NCBI GenBank assembly: GCA_031259345.1
Contig: JAIRLQ010000224.1
Location: 1 to 25,755, forward strand
Length of the DNA: 25,755 nt
Reading direction: 5' to 3'
From: Treponema sp.
Lineage (GTDB): Bacteria > Spirochaetota > Spirochaetia > Treponematales > Breznakiellaceae
Positions 1 to 9,109 of the stretch are shown piece by piece. Every line of letters starts with the position of its first letter. The first letter of the stretch is position 1. The notes under the pieces were generated by a model. It made no database searches and was not told the DNA's origin. It saw nothing but the letters and a program-made list of their open reading frames with translations. The position numbers and the translations under genes are program-made.

Positions 1-341
1 TAAAGCGGGTCCGCCTCGCCTCCGGCAGGATCTGTCTCGACAATGACGCAAAGCCCCTCGTTGTTATTGGACTGGGTTCGGGGCTCAATCTTTTTAACCA
101 CCCCGTTTACCGAAGCGTGAACCGGCACGGTCATCGGCCCCGGCGCCAATGCTTCGGTAATCAACTGGCCCCGTCTTACACGATCCCCCACATTAACGAT
201 ACATTTGTTTGGCGCGCCAAAATGCTGGTTTATGGGGATGACCACCTGCTTTGGCATGGGAACCAATTCGACAGGCGAACCTTCTGTCGCGTGCTTTCGG
301 GGATTGAGTTTCAAACCCCGTTTGAATGTACTGACCGCCAT
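1..341 (-). CDS. rnfC: Rnf/Rsx electron transport complex subunit C, 5' portion (runs off the left edge)
   Basis: Not in the ORF track. Manual translation from ATG at 341 gives MAVSTFKRGLKLNPRKHATEGSPVELVPMPKQVVIPINQHFGAPNKCIVNVGDRVRRGQLITEALAPGPMTVPVHASVNGVVKKIEPR..., open to the window edge. It matches the RnfC N-terminal pattern IP(L/I)xQH(I/F)GAP...VGDxVxxGQ...PVHASVxGxV. SD AAGGAG (355-350) lies 8 nt upstream. Confidence 0.85.
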   Translation of the reverse strand, partial: MAVSTFKRGLKLNPRKHATEGSPVELVPMPKQVVIPINQHFGAPNKCIVNVGDRVRRGQLITEALAPGPMTVPVHASVNGVVKKIEPRTQSNNNEGLCVIVETDPAGGEADPL

Positions 342-408
342 AAGCGATACTCCTTGGAAGAGAACACAGTGTACCTGTTCCCTAAAAACTTTACTTTCAC
401 ATTATTCC

Positions 409-437
409 ATAATAGCATAAACTAAGAAAACCTTCAA
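409..437 (-). promoter_or_regulatory. Putative sigma70 promoter for rnfC
   Basis: Minus strand TTGAAG (437-432), 17-nt spacer, then TATTAT (414-409) preceded by TGc (extended -10). Confidence 0.55.
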
Positions 438-458
438 TAATGTTTAAACGGAGTTGAC

Positions 459-3272
459 ATGAATATTGTCATCGAAACTATCAAAAAACATATAAATGAG
501 CAAAATGTCCATTTTGTGTTCCCTTCCAAAATAGCATCGGAACGATGGGGGAGGAAGATCTGCGTGCTGGGAATCGCCGGGTCTGTCGCGGGGAAGCGTT
601 TTATCTCCTGGGACGAATTTAAGGAAGAAGTTATTTTGAGGGAAGAGAGGGAACGTGTACCTGTTTCGTCCGTTACCCGGCGGCTTTTTGCCGAATTTTT
701 GGCTCAAAAAAACGCCATGTACGCCGCCGCTTCCCTTCCCAAAGCGGAAGGCTATCCGTTTCTTTCTATTATACCGCCTCAATATGCGGACAGGGGAAAT
801 ATTTTTTCAGCTTCCATCGCCAAAGCCCTCCCCGCTCTTAAGCATTGGCAAACACTAAAAAAACTAAAGGCCTCCCTTCCCGACGACCCGGAGGACAGGG
901 ATTATATTACTGCCGCCAAAGAATACGTAAAATTTCTTAAGGCCAAAAATCTTTTTGAGCCTTCGTGGGAAAAAATTGACATAAAAAAGAGTGACGTGAG
1001 GTACATCATTTTTTTTCCCGAGCTTATGGAAGATTTTGCCGAGTACGATGAACTTTTAAAGGAGCCCGCATTTTCACGCATTTGCCTGGAAAATCTTGAA
1101 ACGGAAAAACCCGTACTCTACAAATACCAATCGGTCCGTGAAGAACTGCGGAGCGCCGCTCTGGAAATCCGGCGGCTTCATTTTGAAGAAGCTGTCCCTT
1201 TTGAAGATATGGCCATAAGCGTCCCGGACCTCGAAAACATGGAACACGGGCTTTTACGGCAATTCAAGCTTTACCAAATCCCCGCTGTTTTTAGGGCGGG
1301 AAAAGCCCTGGGCGAAACAGGGGCAGGCAGATTCTTTAGTCTGGCGAAAGACTGCCAGGCCAACAGGTTTTCGTTTACCGCAGTCAAAGCCCTTGTCCTT
1401 AATGATCATATTCCCTGGAAAGACAGGGACGCCAACAAAGCCTTAATCGGCTTTGGGATCAAATACAACTGTGTTTCTGGTTACGGTGAAGGGAAAGATG
1501 CTGTTGATATTTGGAAAGAAGCTTTTAAAAATTCGGGAAAAGGCGAAAAAAAACTGGAAAAATATTATCTTGGCCTTAGGGACACTATAGAAAAACTAAC
1601 ATTGGCGGAAAACTTTAAGGAAATAAGAAAATACTATTTTGTTTTTAAAAATATTTTTCTTGATATGGAAAAAATAACCGAAGAAGACAACGCCATTCTT
1701 GGGCGCTGCATAGAAGAACTGGGCGGGCTCGTAGAAATTGAGGAACAGTGGAATGATCCCGCCTTTACACCCCGGTCGCCTTTTAGCTTTTTCCTTTCTA
1801 TACTAAAAGAAAAACAATATGTCCAGAAAGAAAAAGCCATGGGGGTAAATATTTTTAAATGGCGGGTAGCTTCGGCCGCCCCCTTCGCCGCCCATTTTAT
1901 TCTAAATGCGTCCCAGGATGCCGCGGCGGTTATTTACAGGCCTTTAAATTTTCTGCGTATAGACAAACGCAAAGCCCTGGGAATTGATGACGTTGACGCG
2001 ACGCCGGCTTTTTTCAGGCTTTGCAATACCGGAGCCGGGCATGGTTTTTCTCCCAGGCTCAGGATCAGCTCTTCGGTTCAGACTTTTTCCGGCTGGACCA
2101 TTCCCCACAGCTTTTTTGAAGGCGAAGATGGCGAAGCCGCGGAAGCCCCTTCAACCCCGGCGGATCCGTATATTGCGGAACGCTGTTTTTGGGCCGGACA
2201 GGGAACAAAAGAAGAATTCCCAAAAGAACTGTTCTATATACAAAAAACAAGTTTTAATGCCTGGCGCGGCCTTTTTGAAAACAAAAAGAAAGAATTTTCC
2301 TTTCTCAATTCGCCGGTTCCCGAAACGCCCGGCATTAAAGGCCTTTTAAAAAAGAAAATATGGTTTAGGGACACTGAGCATCCGGGAAAGCTTATTGTTT
2401 CGCCCACAAAAGATCTTAATTATTTTTTTAATTGTCCTTTGCTTTGGCTTTACAGCCGCATTTTTGAAGCCGATGAATTTTTCCTTGAAGCAAGGCTGTT
2501 GGACGATATTTCTCTTGGCCTTCTTTATCACGGTATTCTTGAAGAACTTTTTGAAAAAATAAAAACCGAAGACCATTGTTTTAAAAGCGCCCATTTGGAA
2601 GACTATAAAAACTGGGCATACAAAATAACCAGCAAACGCATAGAAGAACATCCCGCTTTTAACGGGCCTTTGGCAACCCCCCTTGTTTTACCCCAGGCGG
2701 AAGGAATGTGGAAAAAAATATGCGCCCTCCTTGATATTGAAGCAAAACATTTTGACGGTTTTTCTGTAACAGAGCTTGAATACCCTGTTTATACGGCCCG
2801 GGGCGACATTATCATAAAAGGAACTATAGACCGTGTTTCTGTTTCCCCGGACGGCGCGCCTTTTATTTTTGACTATAAAACAGGAGAGGCCCCAAAGCAG
2901 ATTGACATAAGCAAGCTTGACGAACAAGCGCTGACAGAATTCCAAATGCCCCTTTATGTAAAACTCTATGAAGAAAGCATTAAAAAAGATTTTAGCGAAA
3001 AAGCGCCGGAAGTTGAGGGGGCTTTTTTTTACAGTATCAACAAAGGAAAAATAAACGCTGTAGTAGGGACGGAGGGAGCCGGCAAAAACAAATGTTCCCG
3101 CTCCGCTTATCAGGCGTTTTTGGATGCTTCGGAAGTTTTGATACGGCAATTTCACGATGATGTTAAAAGCCTTAATATGGTTCCAAAAGAAATAAACTTT
3201 AAAAAATGCGCGGAATGTCTTTACAGGACTTGCTGCCGTACTGTCTACAGTTTGAATTCAAAAGGGGAATAA
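459..3272 (+). CDS. addB: AddB/RexB-like subunit: degenerate helicase-like N-terminus plus C-terminal RecB-family PD-(D/E)XK nuclease with Fe-S cysteines
   Basis: 937 aa. Nuclease motifs GLLYHGILEELF, IKGTIDRV, IFDYKTG, FQMPLY. One Cys (FFNCP) precedes the nuclease core and CAECLYRTCC (Cx2Cx5C) follows it, as in the AddB Fe-S staple. No Walker A seen. SD GGAG at 450-453. Ends 3 nt before the helicase gene. Confidence 0.75.
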   Translation: MNIVIETIKKHINEQNVHFVFPSKIASERWGRKICVLGIAGSVAGKRFISWDEFKEEVILREERERVPVSSVTRRLFAEFLAQKNAMYAAASLPKAEGYPFLSIIPPQYADRGNIFSASIAKALPALKHWQTLKKLKASLPDDPEDRDYITAAKEYVKFLKAKNLFEPSWEKIDIKKSDVRYIIFFPELMEDFAEYDELLKEPAFSRICLENLETEKPVLYKYQSVREELRSAALEIRRLHFEEAVPFEDMAISVPDLENMEHGLLRQFKLYQIPAVFRAGKALGETGAGRFFSLAKDCQANRFSFTAVKALVLNDHIPWKDRDANKALIGFGIKYNCVSGYGEGKDAVDIWKEAFKNSGKGEKKLEKYYLGLRDTIEKLTLAENFKEIRKYYFVFKNIFLDMEKITEEDNAILGRCIEELGGLVEIEEQWNDPAFTPRSPFSFFLSILKEKQYVQKEKAMGVNIFKWRVASAAPFAAHFILNASQDAAAVIYRPLNFLRIDKRKALGIDDVDATPAFFRLCNTGAGHGFSPRLRISSSVQTFSGWTIPHSFFEGEDGEAAEAPSTPADPYIAERCFWAGQGTKEEFPKELFYIQKTSFNAWRGLFENKKKEFSFLNSPVPETPGIKGLLKKKIWFRDTEHPGKLIVSPTKDLNYFFNCPLLWLYSRIFEADEFFLEARLLDDISLGLLYHGILEELFEKIKTEDHCFKSAHLEDYKNWAYKITSKRIEEHPAFNGPLATPLVLPQAEGMWKKICALLDIEAKHFDGFSVTELEYPVYTARGDIIIKGTIDRVSVSPDGAPFIFDYKTGEAPKQIDISKLDEQALTEFQMPLYVKLYEESIKKDFSEKAPEVEGAFFYSINKGKINAVVGTEGAGKNKCSRSAYQAFLDASEVLIRQFHDDVKSLNMVPKEINFKKCAECLYRTCCRTVYSLNSKGE

Positions 3273-3275
3273 GGG

Positions 3276-6200
3276 ATGACCATAGAAAATTTACTTGAAG
3301 AACTGGATGAAGATCAGAAAAAGGCGGCGTCCCTCGAAAATAACGGGGTAACCGCGGCCGGGGCAGGTTCGGGTAAAACCAGGGTTCTTGCAAGCCGTTA
3401 TGCCTGGCTTATAGCAAAAAAAAACCTAAGCCCCTCTGAAATTGTTACCTTAACCTTCACCAATAAAGCGGTAAGCGAAATGTACAGCAGAATATATCAA
3501 TTTTTGCTTAAGCTTGATGATGAAGAAAACGCAAAAGCCGCGGTAAAAAATTTTCACACCGCTCGCATAAGCACTTTGGATTCGTTTTCGGCCAATATCA
3601 GCAGAACTGCCGCAAGGCGTTACGGGATTAACCCGGAGTTTTCAAGCGATGATGCGGGCATTCGGGATCTTGCCCTTGAGGCAAGCCTTCGTTTTACCCT
3701 GGACAACCGCGAAAATTACGCCCTGCGGCAGTTTTTGGCCGAAAATAAAATCAAAAGAATTGCCGAAGAAATATTTGCCCGGGCTGTTTTAAATTACAGC
3801 CCTGTTTCAAGTCCCCTTGATTTGGACAATATGATTCTGCTTCAAAAAAATGAAATAATTAAACAATGGAAAAAGCATACCGCGGATCTTTCCGGCTGGT
3901 CTTCCCAAATTATTAATGCGCTTAAAAACATCGGAACCCCGGAAAAAGACACCCAATTCCGTGCAAAGCTTGAAGAAGCCTTTGTCCGGAACAAAGCCCC
4001 CGTTCCTCCGGATATTGAGCCACTGTTTAAAAACAACGGGGCCCGTGAAGAAGAAAAAGCGCAAATATTAAAATTTCTGGAATTTTATTCCAATGTCAGA
4101 TCAATAAGAAAAATGGGCAAATCTTCTCCTTTATACGCGGAACTTGTTGAGTTATTTAATACATTTAAGGATAACGACGTTTTTTCCGGCATTGAATCCA
4201 TAGCGCGCTACGGGTTTCAATTTGAAATTATTACAAATTTGTTTGCCTTGTTAAAAAAATTCCAGGATTTATTTAATTTAAAAAAATGCGAATCCGGTTT
4301 ATTAACCTTTAATGACATTGCCCATCTTGCCGTAGACGCCCTAAAGGATCATCCCGACATCCGCAAGGCCTATAAAGATTCTGTAAAAATGATTCTGGTT
4401 GATGAATTTCAGGACAACAACAGCCTTCAACGTGATTTAATCTATCTTCTTGCGGAAAATTCCAAACGGGAAGAAACAGGAATACCCAAAGCAACGGAGC
4501 TGGAAAATAACCGCATGTTTTTTGTGGGCGATGAAAAACAGTCAATTTATCGTTTCCGGGGCGCCGATGTAGCTGTATTTAACAGCCTTGGGGAAGATCT
4601 TTTAAAAACAAGCGGCGGAAAGGAAGCAAACATAAGCCTTAGATATAACTACCGCTCCCATAAAGCCCTTATTGACGCCTTTAATATGATCTTTGGCTCT
4701 ATTTCGGAAAACGGCGAAGATGACGCGGGGAAAGACGGCGGCGTTTTCCCCAAATTTCAAAAAGGCCTCCCCGCCCACGAAGCGGTATACCGCCGCATCC
4801 GCCCCCCAAAGGGAAAAAACGCGCTTTCCAAAAACAATTCAGGCCCTTTGGCGCATTTTTGTTTTTTGGACAAGTCCTTCCTTCCCGGCGATGACTCTGA
4901 AGGCCTGCGCTCCCAGGACATGGAAGCGGTTTTTATAGCCCAAAAAATTATTGAATTAAAAGAAAAAGAAAACTTAAGGGACAGCGATTTTGCAATATTA
5001 ATGCGTTCATATACACACCAGGGCGCCCTGGAAAAAGCCCTTAGAACTTTTAACATTATCTACAGCGCAGACCGCCCCGCAGGGCTTTTCAACGACGCCC
5101 CAATAAACGATCTTCGCTCTTACCTTCGCCTTTTGGTATACCCCGAAGACCGCATTGCCTATGCCTCTCTTATCCGTTCACCCTTTATGCGCTTAAGCGA
5201 TGTAACGCTGACAGCCTGTATGCTTTCCGGCGAAACAGAACCATTTAGCGAAAAAATAGAAAATCTTATTCCCGATGAAGAGCTTGGCCTTTACCGCCGG
5301 GCGCGCGAACACTTTAACAATATGCTTAAAACAAAGAAAGAATCTTCCGTAACGGAATTACTTTTAAAACTATGGTACGACGAAGGCTACCGTTACGAAA
5401 CGATTTGGTCCCGGCCGGCACAGGTTTACGAAGAACTTTTTGATATTTTTTTCGAGCTTGCGCGCAATATTGATGAAAAAGGAAAAAGCCTTGCGGAATT
5501 TCTTGACTATCTTGAAGATGTAATAAGCCGTGAAGAAAAGCCGGACGGAATTGCTATTCCCGGCGAAAGCGGCGCGGGGGTCCGTCTTTTAACCATCCAC
5601 AAAAGCAAAGGCCTTGAGTTTCCGGTAGTTTTTATTTTTGACGGTTCCAATTCAAACAATATAAACCGCAATTCATCTTTGCTTGACTTCCACGAAAAAT
5701 GGGGCTTTGTTTTTAGCCTGCCCCAATCAGACTATACGCCGAACGAAGGGGACAATTATTTTAGACGCATTCTTAAAAATGAAGAAAAAGAAAAAGATAC
5801 GGCGGAATTAAAGCGCCTTCTCTATGTCGCCATGACCAGAGCGGAAAACCGGCTTTTTCTAACTTTTTCCCTGCCCAAACAAACTGCCGCCGAAAAAGAG
5901 GCGTGGAACATTCTTGACGAAGCATACAATAAAGACACGGTAATAAAAAGGCTCGTCCAATATACGGAAAAAGAAAGTGAAACATGTGATTTTCTTAAAC
6001 TTCTCGCGCCAATATTGCCCCGGTGCCCCGAAAATTTATGCGCCATAGAAACAATTCCCGTGTTATCCAAAAGGGAAATCTTCCGTCTTGCAGGAGGCCC
6101 AAAAACAAAAAAGCTTAACCAAAAAGAAGCCGCCCTTGCCGCAGGCGCCTTCTACAAAAACGCCGCTGTACTGGAAAGCGGAAAAGCCGGACCGGAAAAC

Positions 6201-6842
6201 CTTTCCGCAAGCAGGCTAAAACCTTCCGCCGCGCCAATCGCCGAAAACAGGCATGAAGAACCGCCTTTGACAAACGGGCTACCGGATAATCTTCTTGAAA
6301 AAGCAAAACTTGAGCCGGCTGACTTCGGCTCCCTGGTACATGCCGTTCTTGAAGGCAAATTAAAAAACAGGGAGCCTAAAATACCGGCTCATATTAAATC
6401 CCGGTTTGATGACGGCAGGGTATTTGAAAAAGTAAAAACAGAAGCGGAAGCAATGGCGGACAAATTTTTAAAATCAGAATTGGGCAGGCGTATGGCAAAA
6501 TCAAAAAGATATGAAGCCGAATACCCAATTGTAAGCGCGGCTAACGCGGCAGGCAAAAAAATACCCATAACCGGAACAATCGATTTGCTTTTCGAGGAAG
6601 AATTGGATCTGGTGGTAGTGGATTTTAAGACCGACAGGAATGAAAAGCCCGAAGAGCATTATCCCCAGCTAAAAGTCTACGCCAAAGCGGCTCAGGATAT
6701 TTTTGGAAAAAACGCGGAAGCCTGGATTTTTTATCTGCGCTCCGGCAATGCGGAAAATGTTACAGATAGAATTTCGGGGCTTTCCATAGACGCATTGGCC
6801 GAAGCGGCGCTTAGCCAAAGCGACGCTTTTCCTAAACAGTAA
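3276..6842 (+). CDS. addA: AddA/RexA-like SF1A (UvrD-family) helicase with C-terminal RecB-family nuclease
   Basis: 1188 aa. Motifs AGAGSGKT, TLTFTNKA, STLDSF, LVDEFQD, VGDEKQSIYRFRGA, LRYNYRS, LTIHKSKGLEF, RLLYVAMTRA. Nuclease motifs FGSLVHAVLE, GTIDLL, VVDFKT, QLKVY. Confidence 0.85.
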   Translation: MTIENLLEELDEDQKKAASLENNGVTAAGAGSGKTRVLASRYAWLIAKKNLSPSEIVTLTFTNKAVSEMYSRIYQFLLKLDDEENAKAAVKNFHTARISTLDSFSANISRTAARRYGINPEFSSDDAGIRDLALEASLRFTLDNRENYALRQFLAENKIKRIAEEIFARAVLNYSPVSSPLDLDNMILLQKNEIIKQWKKHTADLSGWSSQIINALKNIGTPEKDTQFRAKLEEAFVRNKAPVPPDIEPLFKNNGAREEEKAQILKFLEFYSNVRSIRKMGKSSPLYAELVELFNTFKDNDVFSGIESIARYGFQFEIITNLFALLKKFQDLFNLKKCESGLLTFNDIAHLAVDALKDHPDIRKAYKDSVKMILVDEFQDNNSLQRDLIYLLAENSKREETGIPKATELENNRMFFVGDEKQSIYRFRGADVAVFNSLGEDLLKTSGGKEANISLRYNYRSHKALIDAFNMIFGSISENGEDDAGKDGGVFPKFQKGLPAHEAVYRRIRPPKGKNALSKNNSGPLAHFCFLDKSFLPGDDSEGLRSQDMEAVFIAQKIIELKEKENLRDSDFAILMRSYTHQGALEKALRTFNIIYSADRPAGLFNDAPINDLRSYLRLLVYPEDRIAYASLIRSPFMRLSDVTLTACMLSGETEPFSEKIENLIPDEELGLYRRAREHFNNMLKTKKESSVTELLLKLWYDEGYRYETIWSRPAQVYEELFDIFFELARNIDEKGKSLAEFLDYLEDVISREEKPDGIAIPGESGAGVRLLTIHKSKGLEFPVVFIFDGSNSNNINRNSSLLDFHEKWGFVFSLPQSDYTPNEGDNYFRRILKNEEKEKDTAELKRLLYVAMTRAENRLFLTFSLPKQTAAEKEAWNILDEAYNKDTVIKRLVQYTEKESETCDFLKLLAPILPRCPENLCAIETIPVLSKREIFRLAGGPKTKKLNQKEAALAAGAFYKNAAVLESGKAGPENLSASRLKPSAAPIAENRHEEPPLTNGLPDNLLEKAKLEPADFGSLVHAVLEGKLKNREPKIPAHIKSRFDDGRVFEKVKTEAEAMADKFLKSELGRRMAKSKRYEAEYPIVSAANAAGKKIPITGTIDLLFEEELDLVVVDFKTDRNEKPEEHYPQLKVYAKAAQDIFGKNAEAWIFYLRSGNAENVTDRISGLSIDALAEAALSQSDAFPKQ

Positions 6843-8211
6843 GGTTTTTTACCCAGCGCTCTTTATTATAAAAATAACGGGCAATAAAATATTTTATAAA
6901 GTCTGTAAGCTTTAAAATTACAAACATACCCACAGGGCCGATGGAAGTAAAAATAGCCAAAAGAAAAGCCCCGGGAATTACGCCGCCAAAGTTGACAAAA
7001 CCTTCGGCATATAAGCCCATAAGAGTGTCGCCGCCTGAACGGCATATTGCAAATTGGGCGTTAAGAAGCGCCCAAATGGGAAAATAGCACAAAATTGCCG
7101 TAATAAGACCTATGGCAATGCGCCGCGCAGCCGGCGTAAGATTTGCAAACACCAGGGGTACTATGAGCAAAGAAATAACTATTCCCACAACGGCAATAAA
7201 AATACCGGCGACAAAAGACCCGGACTGAATCCAGGCGCCCCTCTTCCTGGCCTCTTCAAGTTTTCCCGCGCCAAGGCTTCCGCCTACAAGAACCGCCGCG
7301 GTTGTCCAGATACCGCTAAAAAGCAGCATAAAAATATTTGCAATAGTCCAGCCCGCCGCCATTCCCGCAACAGTTTCCGCGCCGCCCCTTCCGTTATAAA
7401 GGGCAACCATAACAGTCTCCGAAGAGACCCAGGATATTTCAGAAATAAACATCATTACCGATTTGGAAAGAATTTTCCTTACCAGGGACCAGTCAACTTC
7501 CAACAGCCTGCGGAAGGGACTGTAAAAATTTATTTTTTTGCGGTTTACATAAACAAGGTAAGCCGCCGTTTCGCAGCATCGCGCAATAATGGTAGCAATT
7601 GCGGCACCGGAAATTTCCATCCTGGGCGCGCCGAGATTTCCATAAATTAAAATCCAGTTGCCTGTTGTGTTAATAACAGTAGCTGCCGCAGAAATAACCA
7701 GGGGAACAGCGGGCCGTCCTATTTCCCTGAAGGAAGTGCCGATAGCCGATGAAATCACCATGGGCCCCAGGGTAAAAGAAATCAGCTTTATATATAAAGC
7801 GCCTTTGGAAACTATTTCCTTCTGGGAGCTGTTTCCCATGGTAAGCATAGAAACCAGCCCTTCGGGAATGACCCAGAACAAAACAAAGACCAGCGCCGCC
7901 GCCGCCAGGGTAATAAGGATTTTAAACCGGTATGCGTTCCGCATTCCCGCTGAATCGCCTGAGCCTTTAAACTGGGCAAGATAAATGCCCCCCGCCTGGC
8001 AAAGAATATTTACCATAACGATAAATACAAAAAAAATCTGGTTTGAAACATTTACAGCCGCCATGGATGTATCCCCCAAGCCGGCAACCATAAAATTGTC
8101 AATCAACGAGACCATACTCATAATGAGCTGCTGAAGCATTACCGGAAGGGCGATACTAAGGGCTTCCCGGTAAAAATTAAGGGGACCAAAACGCCTAAAA
8201 CTGTAAGACAT
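6832..8211 (-). CDS. MATE family efflux transporter
   Basis: 459 aa, about 12 hydrophobic segments in two halves. N-terminal IALPVMLQQLIMSMVSLIDNFMVAGLG and RELGxP-like REIGRPAVPL. Its 3' end overlaps the addA 3' end by 11 nt. Confidence 0.9.
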   Translation of the reverse strand: MSYSFRRFGPLNFYREALSIALPVMLQQLIMSMVSLIDNFMVAGLGDTSMAAVNVSNQIFFVFIVMVNILCQAGGIYLAQFKGSGDSAGMRNAYRFKILITLAAAALVFVLFWVIPEGLVSMLTMGNSSQKEIVSKGALYIKLISFTLGPMVISSAIGTSFREIGRPAVPLVISAAATVINTTGNWILIYGNLGAPRMEISGAAIATIIARCCETAAYLVYVNRKKINFYSPFRRLLEVDWSLVRKILSKSVMMFISEISWVSSETVMVALYNGRGGAETVAGMAAGWTIANIFMLLFSGIWTTAAVLVGGSLGAGKLEEARKRGAWIQSGSFVAGIFIAVVGIVISLLIVPLVFANLTPAARRIAIGLITAILCYFPIWALLNAQFAICRSGGDTLMGLYAEGFVNFGGVIPGAFLLAIFTSIGPVGMFVILKLTDFIKYFIARYFYNKERWVKNLTV

Positions 8212-8217
8212 AAAAAA

Positions 8218-9096
8218 TTAAGAATCCACTCCAAGAACTTTTTTTAACAAAAACCCAATCACAAAAGAAAAGGCGGCAACGCCCAGACTTATCGCGATCG
8301 TCTCTCCAAAACGTTTTTTAAAATTATAACTTTTGGCTGTGGCAAGGTAATAATTAAAAGCAAGAATGATAAGCACTACAAGCGCCAGGGTAATTCCAAG
8401 CGAAATAAATTTATTGGAAAGGAGCAAAAAGGGAAGAATAAGCAGCGCTACGGTGATAATATAGGCCATCCCGGTATAGAACGCCGATTTAAGCGCGTGG
8501 GGATTGTTCTCCGCCTTAAAAGAAAGGTACTCCGAGGCCGCCATGGAAAAGGACGCGGAAATGCCTGTTACAAGGCCCGCAAGGGAAATAATCTTTGAAT
8601 CCCCCAGGGCCAGGGTAAAACCCGCCAGGGCGCCTGTCAGTTCCACCAGCGCATCGTTTAAACCCAAAACTATCGAACCCGCATATTGCAGCAGATCTTC
8701 ATCCAGCATTCCCAATAGTTCTCTTTCATGTTCCGCTTCTTCTTCCGCAATCCGTTTTACTTCGGGAATATCCTGAGACAGGGCAATATAATTTTTCGAG
8801 GCCGTTCCTTCGTTTTTTTCCATACGCTTTAACGTAAAAGAAAGGCCCAGGATTCTGGCCAAAAATACAGTTTTCCAAATCTTAAAGGCCTGGGGGCGAA
8901 TTTTTCGCCCTGTACGGTTTTCCCAAAATTTGGCATGCTGATTTTCCGCTTCCGCAATAGAAGCAAGCACTTCGGCGTTATGGGGATCCTTGCATAGTTT
9001 TGCAAGCCGGGTATACACATGGAATTCGTTTATTTCGAGCTGCTGCACCTTCAAAGCCGCCGCAAGAACATGCTCATTTTTAATTAACTCCGCCAT
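8218..9096 (-). CDS. VIT1/CCC1 family metal (Fe/Mn) transporter with N-terminal ferritin/rubrerythrin-like domain
   Basis: N-terminal helical domain with EINE..Y, EAENQH and EEEAEHE (ExxH pairs), followed by the VIT1 signature SIVLGLNDALVELTGALAG, SMAASEYLS and about 5 TM helices. Confidence 0.85.
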   Translation of the reverse strand: MAELIKNEHVLAAALKVQQLEINEFHVYTRLAKLCKDPHNAEVLASIAEAENQHAKFWENRTGRKIRPQAFKIWKTVFLARILGLSFTLKRMEKNEGTASKNYIALSQDIPEVKRIAEEEAEHERELLGMLDEDLLQYAGSIVLGLNDALVELTGALAGFTLALGDSKIISLAGLVTGISASFSMAASEYLSFKAENNPHALKSAFYTGMAYIITVALLILPFLLLSNKFISLGITLALVVLIILAFNYYLATAKSYNFKKRFGETIAISLGVAAFSFVIGFLLKKVLGVDS

Positions 9097-9109
9097 TTTA
9101 TTAATCCTA

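Noticed and set aside
385-402. Rex or CRP site upstream of rnfC (minus strand ATGTGAA)
   Set aside because: Only a half-site. The symmetric TTCACA half is absent at the required spacing.
117-425. Plus-strand ORFs 117..425 and 205..420
   Set aside because: They are antisense to the motif-supported rnfC frame, lack recognisable motifs, and have no convincing SD.
455-471. Inverted repeat TGACA-N7-TGTCA over the addB start as an operator (e.g. SOS-like)
   Set aside because: Only 5-bp arms, a single occurrence seen, and expected by chance in AT-rich sequence.
459-6842. Helicase plus two nucleases as a novel defence system
   Set aside because: Gene order, sizes, the Fe-S cysteine pattern and motif content all fit ordinary AddAB/RexAB recombination-repair enzymes.
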